A DNA stretch of 63,768 nt, counting the filler, from Phoronis australis (taxonomy: Eukaryota; Animalia; Phoronida): NCBI GenBank assembly GCA_002633005.1. It is 4 parts of 4 records of this genome, joined end to end, with 100 filler letters (N's around TTAATTAATTAA, not from the genome) between each part and the next. Parts side by side here need not be neighbours in the genome. Positions count along the whole stretch, not along the records: positions 12,151 to 29,540 come from NMRA01000129.1; 3 more parts are not named here. One strand, 5' to 3'. Position 1 is the stretch's first letter; each line of letters opens with the position of its first letter. The notes beneath the pieces were generated by a model. It did not search any database. It saw nothing but the letters and a program-made list of their open reading frames with translations, and was not told the DNA's origin. Positions 12,633 to 26,291 of this stretch are shown piece by piece. The position numbers were made by a program, and so were the translations under genes.

Positions 12633-13893
12633 CATGTACGTTTGGCAAACCCCCCTCCCGACCTCCCCCCATTCGGTGCTATGCGCATCTACAATCGTTG
12701 TTCAGTTTGCGCAAATGCTTACAGCCGGACGAAACGTTGGGCCCCCCCTTGTGATATCCTAGATCCGCCACTGATTTTATATGATTTTTAGTATGTAAAT
12801 GTATTGAATTAAATAGGTAAACTCCCGTTTAGTCCGGATTTTTACGATACCGGTTTTCATAGGCCTGGTATCAATCTTTTTTTCCGTTAATCGCCAGGCG
12901 CAGTCTTTTGTCGGACGTAATGACACAAATGTCAGTTATCTCCCACGTTGAATGAATACATTAATGCAAACATGCATCAACTCAAAACTATTGTTAACAA
13001 ACAAAAACCATTGCAGCGTTTTGGCCAACGTTTATCGCATTTCCACCGCGAAAGGATAATTTCACATTACCTTTCCACGAGGGTTTCAATTTCCGAAGCC
13101 AAACATATTAAAAAATACCTGTTTCTATCTTTGACATTTCAATTAATTTCAGCCAGTATTTTATTTCCGCTAATGCAGTAATTGTCCTGTACAACACATT
13201 AGGAGCTTGGATCAACGTTTGCGATATTAAGGGCGACCGGCAACACCGGTTTTCCCGGGTGCATGTACAGTAGAGAATTATAGTCCAACTACAACAAACA
13301 TGCACCACTGAACGGGCTTGTTTCATGCTCTCTCTCTCACAAAATTCACGTCCTTCAGCTTTCCACGACAAATCAGTTCTTTAGTTTTTCGGACAACCAG
13401 GGATTTTTATAGTTTTTACTTCGACGGTAGATTTCAATGAACATCTTCTGAACTCTCCTTGTAAATGAATGGACCTAAATTACAGCTTTGAAGGCAGCCA
13501 TTTTGTTCCCCTTGGATGGTGTCAATAAAGGAACCAATTTGGACTCGCGTGCATTTTTCATTACATATACCGACACTGGGGAAATTGTTTCGCCTAAATC
13601 CTGTTTTCCAAGTAAGACCTTCCTCAGTGGCAATTGGTGTAAACGCGAGTCTTTATATTCTTCACATATTTACGAGTTCTTGGACTGTCCTCATTTTACT
13701 AATTCTTTGAAATTGACTGAGCGCTGGCAGAACAAGTTTTTGGTCACCCAGAAACAAAAATCCTCTGGGATTAGAAAATTAGGCAGAATGTTCGGTGTTG
13801 TTTTGTTGTTCTTATTGTTGTTGTTGCTGCTACTGTTGTCTTTTTGTTGGTGTTGTTGTTTGAGAGGAATGCAATCGTAGTTACCTCTTGTAG

Positions 13894-14009
13894 TACAGTT
13901 TCGTCTGGTCTTAACTCACTCGCTGCGGTGGCGGTGGAGGACGTTATCAAGGCTTTCATTAAACCGGAAGCAAATGAAAAAAAATTGGCGTTTACAGCAA
14001 AGATAATTG
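13894..14009 (+). CDS. SLC5A8/12/6-like sodium:solute symporter, internal exon
   Basis: TGTAG acceptor, GTAAG donor; encodes (S)TVSSGLNSLAAVAVEDVIKAFIKPEANEKKLAFTAKII, the SLC5 ST.SS..NS...V..ED motif. Confidence 0.92.
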
Positions 14010-14519
14010 GTAAGTCGACGTGTACTACTGTATGAGGCCAATGCGGAGCATTCCGCGAGAATCTGCATTTCGCCACTGTGTTCTTGCCAATGGTAAATTC
14101 TTAACTCGAAGTGCTTCGGTATTTAACATTACCACGGTCACCCGATCTAAATATCAGGCGGAAACTGAAGTCGCAAGCAATGCGTATAATTATTAGCCTG
14201 TAACTGTATACTGTAAATATACAGCTTTGCACCTATGTGGATAAAAAAGTGGCAAGATAAAATCTGACACAAAATTAGTGTCATTAAAAACTACAGTCCT
14301 TGAGTAAACTAAATTATTTAACGGTGTTGGAAAAAATGGCGTTCTACCGTTTATTCTGATGCTTAAGTTGTGGAACGATCTTTAGCGACGACTTTCGGCG
14401 CCATGACAAGGTCACGACCCCATACCTGGAGCGTGAAACGAAAAGGGCTTTGTGTCGCCATATTTTATTGTAAACACGTCGTGAACATCATTTGACGTCA
14501 TTTGTTTTTAACACGAAGA

Positions 14520-14760
14520 GAAAAATCGACGAGAGCGGCGTGTGGCACCTAAAAAATATATCCTGCGATGGTGTTGTTGGATGACACTGAATTTTATTTT
14601 AAACAAGTCGTGAATGTCGTTTATTTAAAATTAACAAAAAACGACAAGAGTGGTGTGTCACTGGTGAAAATGAAATACCCTGAAGTGGTGTTTGTATTGT
14701 TGGATAACGCTGAATTTTACTTTAAACAAGTCGTGAATGTTATTTATTCAAAAATTGATA
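14520..14760. repeat. Intronic two-copy tandem duplication (~125 bp)
   Basis: TTGTTGGAT.AC.CTGAATTTTA.TTTAAACAAGTCGTGAATGT occurs twice; this explains the repetitive ORF 14568-14840. Confidence 0.7.
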
Positions 14761-15105
14761 GAACAATCGTGACCTTGTCTCGGCACCTGAAAAGGAGGCT
14801 TAGGCCAGAGGAATGTATTCCTACATATACTTACTATTAGGACCCAGGATCGGAACTAGGAAGCCCGAAATGGAAAAGTACATGGACACAAGTTAAAAAC
14901 CTCATTGCAAGAATAGGATAGTGACTTAAGAGTAGGCGACCCAGGCTCTTTGGGTAAACACAATACATCGATTGTTTAGTTCTAAATGTCAGCCCAGTGA
15001 GCTTATGGTCAGCCCAACTACTCGCATCAATTGTCCCGATTGACTCAGCTTTAGTGACGATTATCCTCAATACGCCACAGCCATCTTGCTCTCTTGTTTT
15101 TGCAG

Positions 15106-15263
15106 CAACCGCATTTGGTGTTTTGACCATTGGTTTCGCATCTCTGATCGCCTATCATGGCGGCACTATCATCGTGGTTGTCATGACAATACTGGGTGTC
15201 CTGACAAGTCCATTGGTTGCGGTGTACACACTTGGCCTCTTCTTTCCTTGTGTCAACTCGTAT
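15106..15263 (+). CDS. SLC5A8/12/6-like symporter, internal exon
   Basis: TGCAG/GTGAGT splice sites, phase-compatible with the previous exon; encodes (A)TAFGVLTIGFASLIAYHGGTIIVVVMTILGVLTSPLVAVYTLGLFFPCVNSY (two TM segments, LG.FFP..N motif). Confidence 0.92.
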
Positions 15264-16393
15264 GTGAGTATACATTTTTGCACAAGAAGCGACTGAATGC
15301 AAGTGCATCGCATATGTCACCAGCTCACGAATTGTTTTGGTTTTAGCGCGTTTGTGAAATTGAGGGGTTATTCTTGAAATTAAACCCTGAATTCTGAAAT
15401 GCGTTGAAGCCCCTGGATAACCAGAGCCGGATCAGGATTTTCAGTTAGGCGACCAGGGCAGAGTATTAGCCAGAATTTTGCCCGTCAGACATTATCACTC
15501 CCGAACTGCCAAATGGAATCTGGAAATATTTTAGATAGGACCATGGCCCCCTCCCCCCTTAAATCCGCCATTGATAATCATCCCCACTGAAAACCCTTGA
15601 ACAACACATCCAATCTTAGGCCCGCAGAAAACATCATTGGCGGCGTTGACATGGACACGAATGTTTCCAGAAACGTTCATTTGGTCAGTATGACGGAATG
15701 TTTTCCCTGCAATCTCTTTGCTAACACTCGGGTCGTCACCGACCCATCACCGCTACGCTGAAAATTTCAAAGTTATGTCATCACAGTCTGGTCTGTCCCG
15801 TCCAACATCGTCATCACTTTGTTGCCCTAAGATCATCTCTTCGTCAACAAATTTAAGTTAACTTGGCCTGCACTCAAGAACCCCTTGGTACCTCCCACGT
15901 CTTATTTTCCTGCTGATGAGAATTTTGTCGTGTCTTGTGATGGCGAACTTCACAGATTGGAATTTTTGTTTGTCCTGACCCAGAGGCAAACAATACTCGC
16001 TGTTAGAGTTTTGAGTCAACCTGTAGCCTGTTGAATAGGGAGGGGATATGACTAAAAAAACGTTGAGTGTGGGTACCGACTGAAGGGGAGGTGGCGGTGT
16101 TGAAACTGGTTGTGACCGGAGGGATTTCTGCAGAACCTGGGGAGCGAAGTGGTTGGCAAATTACCGACGACCGGTGGCCGAAAATGTGTTAACCGAGATA
16201 AATTTGTTTTCACATCCTCTCACCTATCCCAAAGCATTTGTCCCATGCGTCACATTGAATTATTCAAAAAGGGTGTGAACTGCCCGACAATTTTTTCTCT
16301 GCCGGACTTCATGGCGCACCATCAATACAGCCAAGCAAGCATTGATCGTGCTGCTGCCGCGCTTTATCAATCACTCGATCTGTTTCGTCACAG

Positions 16394-16626
16394 GGAGCGT
16401 TTTGCGGCATGGTGTCTGGTATGGCCTTGACACTATGGCTACAGATAGGGGGTATAGTGAACCGTGTGAGAGCAAATTCTTACGTCTACCCTGTGTCTAC
16501 CGAAGGATGCACGACATTAAATCACTCATTCTTGCACAGCGTTGGGACGTCAGAATTGACCATGACTACGAGAATGACAACCCCGATGGCCTCCAGGTTG
16601 CGGCAAACAGATATGTTGGAGTCTGG
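16394..16626 (+). CDS. SLC5A8/12/6-like symporter, internal exon
   Basis: CACAG/GTGAGG splice sites, phase 0 start; encodes GAFCGMVSGMALTLWLQIGG...YPVSTEGC... (GA..G and P.S..GC motifs). Confidence 0.9.
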
Positions 16627-17352
16627 GTGAGGCTTTCCATTCATTCACTTTACATACCGTTGTGACTCCTCTAGATACGTATTGTGTCCCGTGAAACTGA
16701 AGTTGGTGGTTTTATTTAACGGTTTTAAAAGAAAGTGAATTTCCTTTGCGTAGAGGTATAGCACTCACTTTGGGTTTTTTGGTCTACCAGGTCACCCGGG
16801 CACTGTCATATTCTAGGGTTGAGAACTTTTAAGATTAAAAGATAACTAAACCAACACGTGTTTTGGCGAGTCTACACAACACCTACTGTACACCGTTGGT
16901 ACCTTCACACTTCTTTGCCAGCGCCTATCCTTGAGCCCTTGTCACTTCTCCGGTGTCTCTTATGAAATATACTACTACTGTTTTATGGTAGTGGGAGTCT
17001 GTGGTTAGCGGTGAGTGGTCTTTCCCATATACAAAAAATGTACAGTGTAACTCCCCCACAGCAGTATGCTTGACGATTTTGTTGTCACTCTATATGGAAT
17101 TTTCAAACTTGATCCATACTTTGAGGGTTTTAGAACAAAATTTTGTTTCAAGGATTTATGCAGTCAAGACCTAGGTTATAATTATATGTTGTTATGTTAA
17201 GCCCTGGATTAGTATTTTAAAACGACAATGTGAGTACGTTTTCGGTGTTTTTCAACAGTTAGACTAAGCTAGATTGCCAGTACACAGGGGGAAGGGAAGG
17301 GTTGACACACTGCTGCGAGGATGTAGGCTAATCTCTGTTGTTTTCATTTCAG

Positions 17353-17453
17353 CCCATCGTTGACTGAGCTTTATAGGGTGTCATTCGCATGGTACGGTAC
17401 TCTCAACTTCATCACTGTAATAGTGGTAGGACTTCTTGTCAGCTTTCTCACGG
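17353..17453 (+). CDS. SLC5A8/12/6-like symporter, last-TM exon
   Basis: TTCAG/GTAAGT splice sites, phase-compatible; encodes PSLTELYRVSFAWYGTLNFITVIVVGLLVSFLT (Y..S..WY...VGL.VS..T motif). Not in the ORF track. Confidence 0.92.
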
Positions 17454-18090
17454 GTAAGTCTGATTCGTTGCCTAACATTCCTTAACCGTAGGAACTGGGA
17501 TCCGTGTTGAGAAATAGTGGATCGACGGAAACGAGGTCAGGTTTCTTGGGGAATATGGATGTGACTAGTGCAATTGCGTAAGATTTGTAGCTGTTATTTC
17601 CAGTAGATATGAGGTCACGACCACGTTCTTCTCAAAGTTTTGACATATACGACATCGAAACTGCTGTAGCGTATTCAAATTTGGAGAGAGTGGAACTGAG
17701 ACTCCGATAAACACAATCCTCCGTCCAACACTGCGGGAATAGGCTAGGATTCCAGGAGGCGAAGTGACAACAAATTTCGAAACCGTGGTGAAAGCGGCTT
17801 GCCAACCTTTTCTTTTTTGCCATGCCAGCAGGCGGGACCTGGGGCCCCCTAGCTTGAATTCCCCTGTACTCCCTCACACGTTTACTCCTCGGTCAACAAC
17901 AATGTTGGTCCTATCGCCATCGAAAAAAGCGTGAAACACGTAGCGAGATGTTTGAGCTAAGCAGCTTAATTCCTTGCATATACTAAAAAACGTTAATTCT
18001 GCATGATTCAACACTTAAAACACACGTCACGGGTCTACCCCCGCAGTGTTTCGTTTTAATTTGTGATTGGTACCATTTCATTTTTTTAAG

Positions 18091-18371
18091 TGAGATGGTC
18101 AAGACGCGATGTTGACGATCATCTTTTCTCACCATTGGTTAGACGATCATGCTCAAGGTCAAAGTACTTTCAAACCTATGACTTAGAGGTAAATGGACAT
18201 TTCAAAGGCGGATTCCAGGCTATTGCAGCGAAATACACTCAGTGCTGGAGTCAAAGCCATTATTGCATTAATTGTTGCAAATTCCAACTTGATCTTGAGT
18301 TCAAATTCGCACGGACACACTGCAGACGAATACTGGAGTCCGCTTTACATAGTTGTATCTGTTTACTTTAG
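18091..18371 (+). CDS. SLC5A8/12/6-like symporter, probable terminal exon
   Basis: Polypyrimidine tract plus TAAG acceptor, phase-compatible; encodes RWSRRDVDDHLFSPLVRR... (VD..L.SP tail motif) and is open to TAG at 18371. An internal donor cannot be excluded. Confidence 0.75.
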
Positions 18372-18720
18372 GTCTTGGTTTAAATTCAGTTACATGTATT
18401 TACTGCATTGGCTCAAAATGATAGAAGCCCATAATAAAAACTTGCGGCGGTGCAGCGTTTCAATTGTTTTCACTTGTGTGACATTCCCCTCATCCATTCA
18501 GCCAAATGACGGCACATCCCAAAAGACACGTTCGTAACCAGGGAAACGTTCACGGGCATGTAAAAGGTTGTGTTGGGCGACGGGATAAGCCCTTGTATTG
18601 GCCGCGGAATGGGCAAAGATTGTTAATAGAAAATTTAAATTAAACCTAATTCGCAATTTTGCCCTTTCCGCGCACTTTGCTAGTGCCCGTTTCCACCGAC
18701 AGGTGTGATTTTCAAACAGG

Positions 18721-18785
18721 TTTTAATTTTACGAATTAGGTTTAATTGTTACGAATTAGGTTTTATTTTTACGAATTAGGTTTGG
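18721..18785. repeat. 20-bp minisatellite, 3 copies
   Basis: TTACGAATTAGGTTT repeats at 20-bp spacing, with an inverted unit AACCTAATTCGCAA at ~18642. Confidence 0.8.
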
Positions 18786-19274
18786 TTTTTCTGTTAACTA
18801 TTTTTTGCCTTTTCCGCGGCCCATACACGTGATACCATTAATGATAACATTACCGCGCGGGACTGCATTATCGTGTGGATTTGAAAGTCTGTCCCGACTA
18901 GAAAATCAGTGTGCGCTGTCCCCGAACAAATTTTTCTCGTTGCGGGTCTGACGATCATTAGGGTTCCAGAATGACAAGGGTAGAATGATTGAGCGACTGT
19001 AGGCAAGATTTGTTTCGTTCAAGGTACTGGAAGATAAAGAGACAGAGAGCCGATATAAACACGTGAAATAAAACGGCCATGTAAACCCAGCGTACCAGTA
19101 ACCACCATGCTCCAAGGGTTGTCTGTGCAACTTATCTCACGAGGTGTCACAAAAAGAGCAACACCTACAGGGTGTATGCAGCCACAGCAGTCAGTTAGAG
19201 ATGCTGAGAATAGAATTAACCAGCTTTAAACAATATCAGAGAAATGTTACTAGTGCCTTATTTGACTTGATTTG

Positions 19275-22200
19275 TGTTGTATTGCTCATGGTACGGGTTC
19301 AGACTCTGTTGTATTAAGATTCCAATCCCCAACCCTGTAATATGTAGTTTGAATAAAATTTCTAGACAATGCAGGTTTATGGATTTATTCTCCTTCAAAT
19401 GAGTAGTAAAAATCAAATTCTGCACATTTTTTTTAAAAGTAATCACTTATTGGAAGATCACACATCTAAAAAATAAAACAATGTTTGACAATATTATTCA
19501 TTACATTATTTGAAATTTGCCTACCTCACAGACAACTCATCTAAGTTGAAAATATTCCTTGTTAAAAAATATGAAATACCAACTAGAGACTTGGGTACAA
19601 CAAAATATGTTTTCGTAATACAATGCAAAATTACTGTACAGTCAAAAGTGCAAATGTTATACTTTTGCAACATGGTTTGCATTACAAATGCCCTACGATT
19701 ACAGTTGTACATACATACTAGATAAGTAACAAAATTACCCATGGGAACCATAAAATGGTCAATTCGCCAAAAAACAAGGAGCCACCAGAGCTAATGTGCT
19801 AATACTTTTCAGTACAGCAACAAAAAATCATTTGAAGTGGACATAAACTCGCCTAAAATCACATAAAACAATTTTTGGTTAAGACATTTTATCATCACGA
19901 AATACATGTAGGTATTACTTCCAGGTCACTTTTGAGCAATTTCCGAACTTTGAAAGATCTGGCAATAAAAATTTGCTAGAGACCAGTCTAATAGTGTGTG
20001 ATTTTATACACACAGCATGGTCTCAAGGAATAGCAAACTGTCAATTCGCTACAATTCCAGAAATCACTTCCCATCTGGATAAGGAACAAACTGAGCAAAA
20101 GTCTGAGGTAAATGGTCTAAATCAAAACTTATTACCTCGTGGACAGAATATGGGTTTATAACCCAGGTAGAAAGATAAGTTAACAAAACCAGCAACAGGG
20201 TCTCAAATTTCAGTAATATATACCCATTTACAAACAAAAATCTATAATGGTAAATAAAATGCGGAAACATAAATTCAGATCAATTACGCATGTTCAAGGA
20301 AAAGGAATAAATAGTACAGTGGTCAGAAATCATCTAAATGTGATGGCGACACTGAGAAATCCTGTCAGACCAAAAAATCCAGTGGCTAAACAAAATGAAC
20401 AATGTACCATTACCATGTGGCCCAGGATCGTGATCCGTGCCTGGACAAAAATTCAGTCTAGGTAAATTTTAGATTTGTGCTGTTCACACAAGCAGTTCTG
20501 GTGCAAACAAAGCTTGCGACAACACAAAAGCCTACTTCCCTACACAGCTGTGCTGATACAATAATGCCCCCACTGGATTTAGCAGATCAGCCAGAGTATT
20601 TACAGGTCCAGCCACTACTATTTTTCTCCTTTTAAATTTTTACAATGCTACATCCTTGACAATCGCAGATTGCCTCTTTCAATGCATACTCCACTTCTTG
20701 TTCCTCTGTCCCAGCTTCCCCACATTTGCTGCAAATTACTTTGGACCTGTTGTGGTATAAGCCAGTAATCTTTGGCAAATACTTTCTCCCCCGACTTGTT
20801 CCTCAAGCTACAAATTCTCTTTGACATATGTACTGGGAGTAGACTTTTCGGCCTCTCTCTAGCCCCCTCACTTAGTTGTCCAGAAGGGTACCTTCTTGCT
20901 GGTTGTGAACTTTTCCATACCCAACCTTTACTAATAATCGGCAGGTCTCCAACTTCAGCAGAAGCCACTTCTTCAGCATAAGCCTTTCATGATTCCTAAA
21001 ATTGTATTAATGAAAAATTAAACGTATTAAATTTAATGTGGCCATTTCGGTTCAGAAAATATGAATAATCAAGCTAAAGTGAAGGCACCAATATTTTTGA
21101 CGGCTTTAGCATGTTTAATTAACTTCATAATCGCAGAAAATCAGTGGTAGACATAACATACTCCCTAGTTTCTAAAAGTAGTTCATGGGCAGAAGTTATG
21201 TTACACATTTGGTGGTTGTTATGAAAAGTTATGATGACTACCTATTTTCTAAGCCAATATAGTGGCATAAGCATCAACACATTTGAATAAGATATGATTA
21301 AGTTTTAAGCAATCACGGTGAGTCAATAAAAATATTTTTGCATGAATGACGTGCTTCTAAAAATATTCCTCAGGGTCGGACCCTGGGGTTTAGTGATTCC
21401 TACTTGAGCTCACACGAAGCTGGACGTTGAACCTTGACTTAACGTCTTTGGTCATTTTTCAGACCTCTATCAGATTTCTCCTCTAGTGTACAGTGGATGT
21501 TCTCAGTGTCTTTGGCGACGCCAATATATCTCGAGTGTTGTAACGATGATTCGGTTAAGTGAATCTAATACGGTAGATTATGTAGCTCCTGCACACCTGC
21601 CTCCGAGGCAGACACTGAGACAGACTACTTCTCAGGAGGACACGTTCCACCTCCACATCAGCTCCATGTACTCTTATAAGGTGCTCAAATGTCTCACTCT
21701 ATACCTTGTGCATTTCCCAAGAGTTTCCAAAGTTGTTTCTCTCCGCAGTTTTTGGAAATACCACATTCGATGCGACTGGCAGTGCCAGATAAATAGATAA
21801 ATTCGCAAACCCGCACTTTAGGTCAGCCATCATTCAACTAACGCATTGTAAGCTCTAGTTTGGTATTCAGACGAATTGGATGAATTAATTTAGGATAATT
21901 TCATATTTTATTTGGAAATGCTAGTGTCCTTAAAATTAATTAAAAACATTTAAGCAAACCAATTGTTTTAATTGTTGTATTATACCACGGCATATTAATG
22001 CGTAGAAACGGCGCACAACTAGTGACTGGTTTAATATGACAAATACACATACGCGGTCTGAAAATAGTGAAATTCAGACACCTATTACCAAGCCTGCCTG
22101 AAGGGCTGACAAAGTTTTTATTGTATTAATTTCAAGGGCATGGAGTCTTCTACATGCCCATGTTATTATTTTTAATTTTCTCGCGGGGGCAGCTTCGCTA

Positions 22201-22613
22201 TAAGGGTACAGCTTACTTCTGGTTTTTCACAAGACGGAAATGTCAGTCCACGGAAACAGTTCCAGTGTTACCATGGTAACCGATATTGCAGTGTCGTTGC
22301 CGTTTTTACTGACATTGGTCATGAACCTATCATGTGATATCAAAATTGTTCAGAAACGATTCTGTTTGAAGCAGAAACTGGAGTAGAAAAGTTGGTAAAA
22401 AATGACTCATTCCACACCAAGAAATTGCCGCATTTTGCCCCCCAGAACACTTCCCTTGTATCTCCTAAACCACCAAACTTTGTGGTGTCATACTTCACCC
22501 ATTTTCTCTCATCCCTAATGTGATTTATCAGACTAAACATGGATCTGAATGGCTGACCCCCCACCTTGCCGCTTGTTGGCTGTACAGTGGTCGGTGGATC
22601 CGTGGACTGATAC
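19275..22613 (-). mobile_element. Degenerate TTAA-ended DNA transposon, copy B (inverted relative to copy A)
   Basis: Reverse-complement homology to 1-1895, with a ~285-bp deletion near 19660. Minus-strand peptide ISKGWVWKSSQPARRY...RNKSGEKVFAKDYWLIPQQVQS resembles the GWALK...G...F...WL..QQ..S.F C-terminus of large metazoan transposon ORFs. Terminus CGTGGACTGATAC|TTAA ends at 22613. Confidence 0.6.
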
Positions 22614-23233
22614 TTAAATGCTACTGTGCCTTCACTACTAAGTTGGTACCTAGAGTAAAATCTACATCGAATCATTTATTAAATCTTATTGAAAACAAAC
22701 AGGACACATTCCATGCAACGCTCCTAACGTAAGGAATAAGCCGCCATATATTCCTGTTGATGTCCTACTATAGCAAATATCACCAATAAAAGTGGTTAGT
22801 ACTTATTATGAAACCTGCCACAGGTTGTTACCGTGGAAACAGGCGATGTACATGCTGACCCAAAAGCCCAAGCCCATCAAAATTTTAATTAGATTAAATG
22901 CTAACCCATTCATTTTTTCAACTTTCGTACCCAGGGTTAAACTTACTTTTGTATGAACTTTCCATAGTTTTCACCATATTGAATATTTTACTCTTTCCAA
23001 ACAATTAAGAAGCCTATTGAACAAAATTTTGGGTGTTCACTTTCTGGTTATCAATGGGGGATAATAGTTAAAGATATCTAAAATGCGTTTTTTGAATTAA
23101 AAACCCAGTTTACAAGGGGAACGGGTCCGCATATCAATCAGAGTACACTCTTATGGATAAACCTTTGGTACGTACGTGCTTTACGAGCTTATGTATAAAC
23201 ATGGGCAGAGGCGGAGGTACGCACATGTATTAA

Positions 23234-23770
23234 AGAGTTCCCACCATGATTTTTCTAGATTTTTGAGGTTTCATTCAGCTAATTATGGAATGATCGGCTA
23301 CCATTAAATCTAACTAAATAAGCACTGTTTATGCCAAGTAGTAGCGATTTTTTTAGTTTTGAAGAAAAATTAGTTACTTCCAAGTTTCCGGCCAAATGAT
23401 GTATTGGGTGGGAAACGTTTTGTCATTTATTGCAATGGCGGAATACAGCAGATCAGAAGACAAGGGAGATTTTGAGTGAGAACTGGACAATTACTATCCA
23501 CACAGAGCGGAGAGAAGATACGGGCATCAATGCATGAAAAATCAGACAATACACCTAATTCACGCAGAGAAGAAGCGCGGTCCAAAACGAGGCTCACTAC
23601 GATGTCTCCGTCAAATGGCTAATGGTCATAGTTGTGCTCCAGGTTGCTCGAACGGTAATAGAAAAAATACGGACATTCAACTGTCTCTTTTACAATCCTT
23701 AAAGGCGTTGAGATTCCGGAGGTTTGAGTCGTTGCCATAGGCCAATACGAAGGAATCTATTTCCGGGTAA
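23234..23770 (+). mobile_element. Highly degenerate THAP-bearing element end (Kolobok-like)
   Basis: TTAA|AGAG start near 23230; degenerate frame ...MANGHSCAPGCSNGNRKNTDIQLS resembles a THAP N-terminus. Right end not found. Confidence 0.35.
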
Positions 23771-24958
23771 AATTCATATTTTTTCAAAAATTTGATCTTA
23801 TTTTGTCGCATCTCGGTCAGGTTGTCGAGCATCATAGCAACGACCGCTGAATTTTCGGCCAGCCAGGCTGTGTTTTCATGACTACGGGTTGAAACATGAT
23901 GCATTTCTTTCCAAAAAAGACATGTCCTCAATCCCTTGATTCTGGGACGAATATCAGCGCTATTCCCATCTCCAAATGATTGGATAATCAGGTGAAATTT
24001 CCCCAAGAGGCAAAAAGTTCCCCTTAATTGGTTGAAAATTTCCCCTCGAAGTTCAAATCACTTGTAACCTCAAAGAGAGCACAAAATTCTACTCGGTACA
24101 GAGCCTATGAGAGCTTGCAACAGGGCGGGGGTGCTATTGATGGTGATCGGCGGGACGTAGAACTTCCTGTCACTCGGCGACGGAAAAAATCCCCTCACAA
24201 AAAGCCCAGGCACCTTTCCCCTCGGATGAATGAGGCCCCTGAGGAAACGTGATTAACTACGTGTATAGTTGCTCTGTCCAGTTAACTGAAATTGAGTTCT
24301 AACTATGAAACGGAATGAGTTATTTTTTCAGGTTATGCTTTGGACGAACAAACTATGTGTTTTAATTTTAAAATTTAACTTGGTTCAGATTGATATTTGA
24401 AACCGAACAGATGTTGCAGATCAATGCCACATCAACTGTTAATCCCGGTAGTCCCTATATCACTACCATGCAGGACCTAGGCTATGCTTGATGTTAACAT
24501 TCTTGCTCAGCAAATTAAACCACGAGCACATGACAGCAAAATTCGATGAGCCACCACTGTCAAATATATCTTCAACTCGTCAAAAATACAAGCAGGTGAC
24601 CTGGTTTGTGTAGAATGCATTTTTATCAACAATTTACAAGAAGAAACGTATCCCTGCTTTCAAAATATACCGATCGCTGCAATTTTGAAGTTTTATGCAA
24701 CCCAGCTCTGATGTGTTCACGTGACTATCGAAAAACTACGCGTATTAGCGTAGCTAGGTATTTGTGTTTGCATAAAATATTACTGTTTTAGAAACAATTC
24801 GTTTGTGCAATATTAACCTGTTGCCCAAATACTTTTTTGTTAATTCAATATTTGTGCAGCGAATATTATTTGTAGTATTTACATTTTCTTTTTTTATACT
24901 TCACCCACTCCGTTTCTTCAGTTTCATCACCACATTCCATTGCCTAAATAACTCTTAA

Positions 24959-26291
24959 AGGCAAAGGCAACCTTTTTCATGTCATTTTTGGCAAAAATAA
25001 GGTTCGTTGGTTATCCCAGACATATTTTTCACTTATTTCCTGCTTTTCGTAATTTAATTAATTGCTCGTCGTCTAGAAGTGACGTTTTGGGAGGCAAGAA
25101 TTTCGCGCCAATTTCTTTTCATATAGTCTGACTGTGAGAGCAGTCGAGTCAGTCATTGTTTTACCTCGGTTGTGATAAGTTCGGTCGTCGTTTGTTTTTG
25201 CTTACGAGTCAGTCAACATGCCACGATGTTGCTGCGTACTGGGGTGTACTCATTATAGTCTCACGTACAGAGGAAGAACTGTCCCACTTGCCCGAGTGTC
25301 CCGCGACACACTCCCACTGGAGGGTGATCTGAGCACTCAAACTGCTTACATCCCGCCGTGTGACTCCCTCGTCACACACCTGGCACCTTCCAAACAGCTC
25401 CAATACAAGTCCATAATAAACTTATCAAACTTAGGCTCACCGATCTGTTCATTGGATGACGAACTGTCCTCTTCACTGGGTGTCGAACTGGGCCTGTATT
25501 CACTCCCACTACTCAACATCGCTGCAGGGCTGCTTACAGGCTCTGCCGGGGCTAGAGACAACAACACTGGGCGAATCACTGCTAGTTCCCGGAATTGCAC
25601 GCAATGGGGTACGTTCGGAGGCACGGGTGACAGTAGATGAAGTGCCTCCAGTCACTGTATATAGTGGCCACAGCTCACGAGGCTTCTCGCTTCAAAAACG
25701 CACTTCTCGGGGTTGGCGAAGGGGCACTGCCGGGAATCAACAGCGACGGTATGGTACCCTTCTTCAGGCATCGTTTCGCAGGGACCTTCATCAATTCAGC
25801 GTACATATCTCTGTCATAATCTGACTGCAGAAAATGCTTGCCACACACTCGGTAACCCTCCACTGCTTTGTACGTTGCGTGGACGGGTAGCGCTGCGTTC
25901 TTCACATGAACGAGCTAGCCAAGTACGGCGAAATGTGTTATACTTCGGAAAGCTAAGCAAGGTACCCAAAGCGCGTGTGAGACGATAATGAGTACATCCC
26001 GGCACGCAGCAACAGCGTGGCATGTTGACTGACTTGTAAATAAAAGCAAACGACGACCGAACTTATCGCAACCGAGGTAGAACCATGACTGCCTCGACAG
26101 CTGTCACAGTCAGACTATAATGAAAAGAAATTGGCGCGAAACTCTTGCCTCCCAAAACGTCACTTCCGTAGTAGAGGACGAGAAATATTAATAAAATTAC
26201 GAAAAGCTGTAATTAAGTGAAAAATATGTCTAGGATAATCAACGAACCTTATTTTTGCTAAAAGTGACATGAAAAAAGGTTGCCTTCGCCT
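24959..26291 (-). mobile_element. Kolobok-type non-autonomous transposon with ~310-bp inverted ends (fold-back derivative)
   Basis: TTAA on both sides (24955-24958, 26292-26295) and AGGC...GCCT termini. A frameshifted minus-strand transposase 5' part encodes THAP (MPRCCCVPGC...FPK...W...RVCGKHF...LKKGTIPS) and KFIM...LFGRCQVC...WECVAGHSGKWDSS, the CxxC...CxxGHxxxWxS motif of Kolobok transposases. Confidence 0.88.

Noticed and set aside
14568-14840. 90-aa ORF with an internal peptide repeat
   Set aside because: Product of an intronic ~125-bp tandem duplication.
25218-25640. 140-aa plus-strand ORF starting with a THAP-like MPRCCCV
   Set aside because: Only the first ~17 codons are THAP (inverted-repeat copy); the rest is antisense of the minus-strand transposase remnant.
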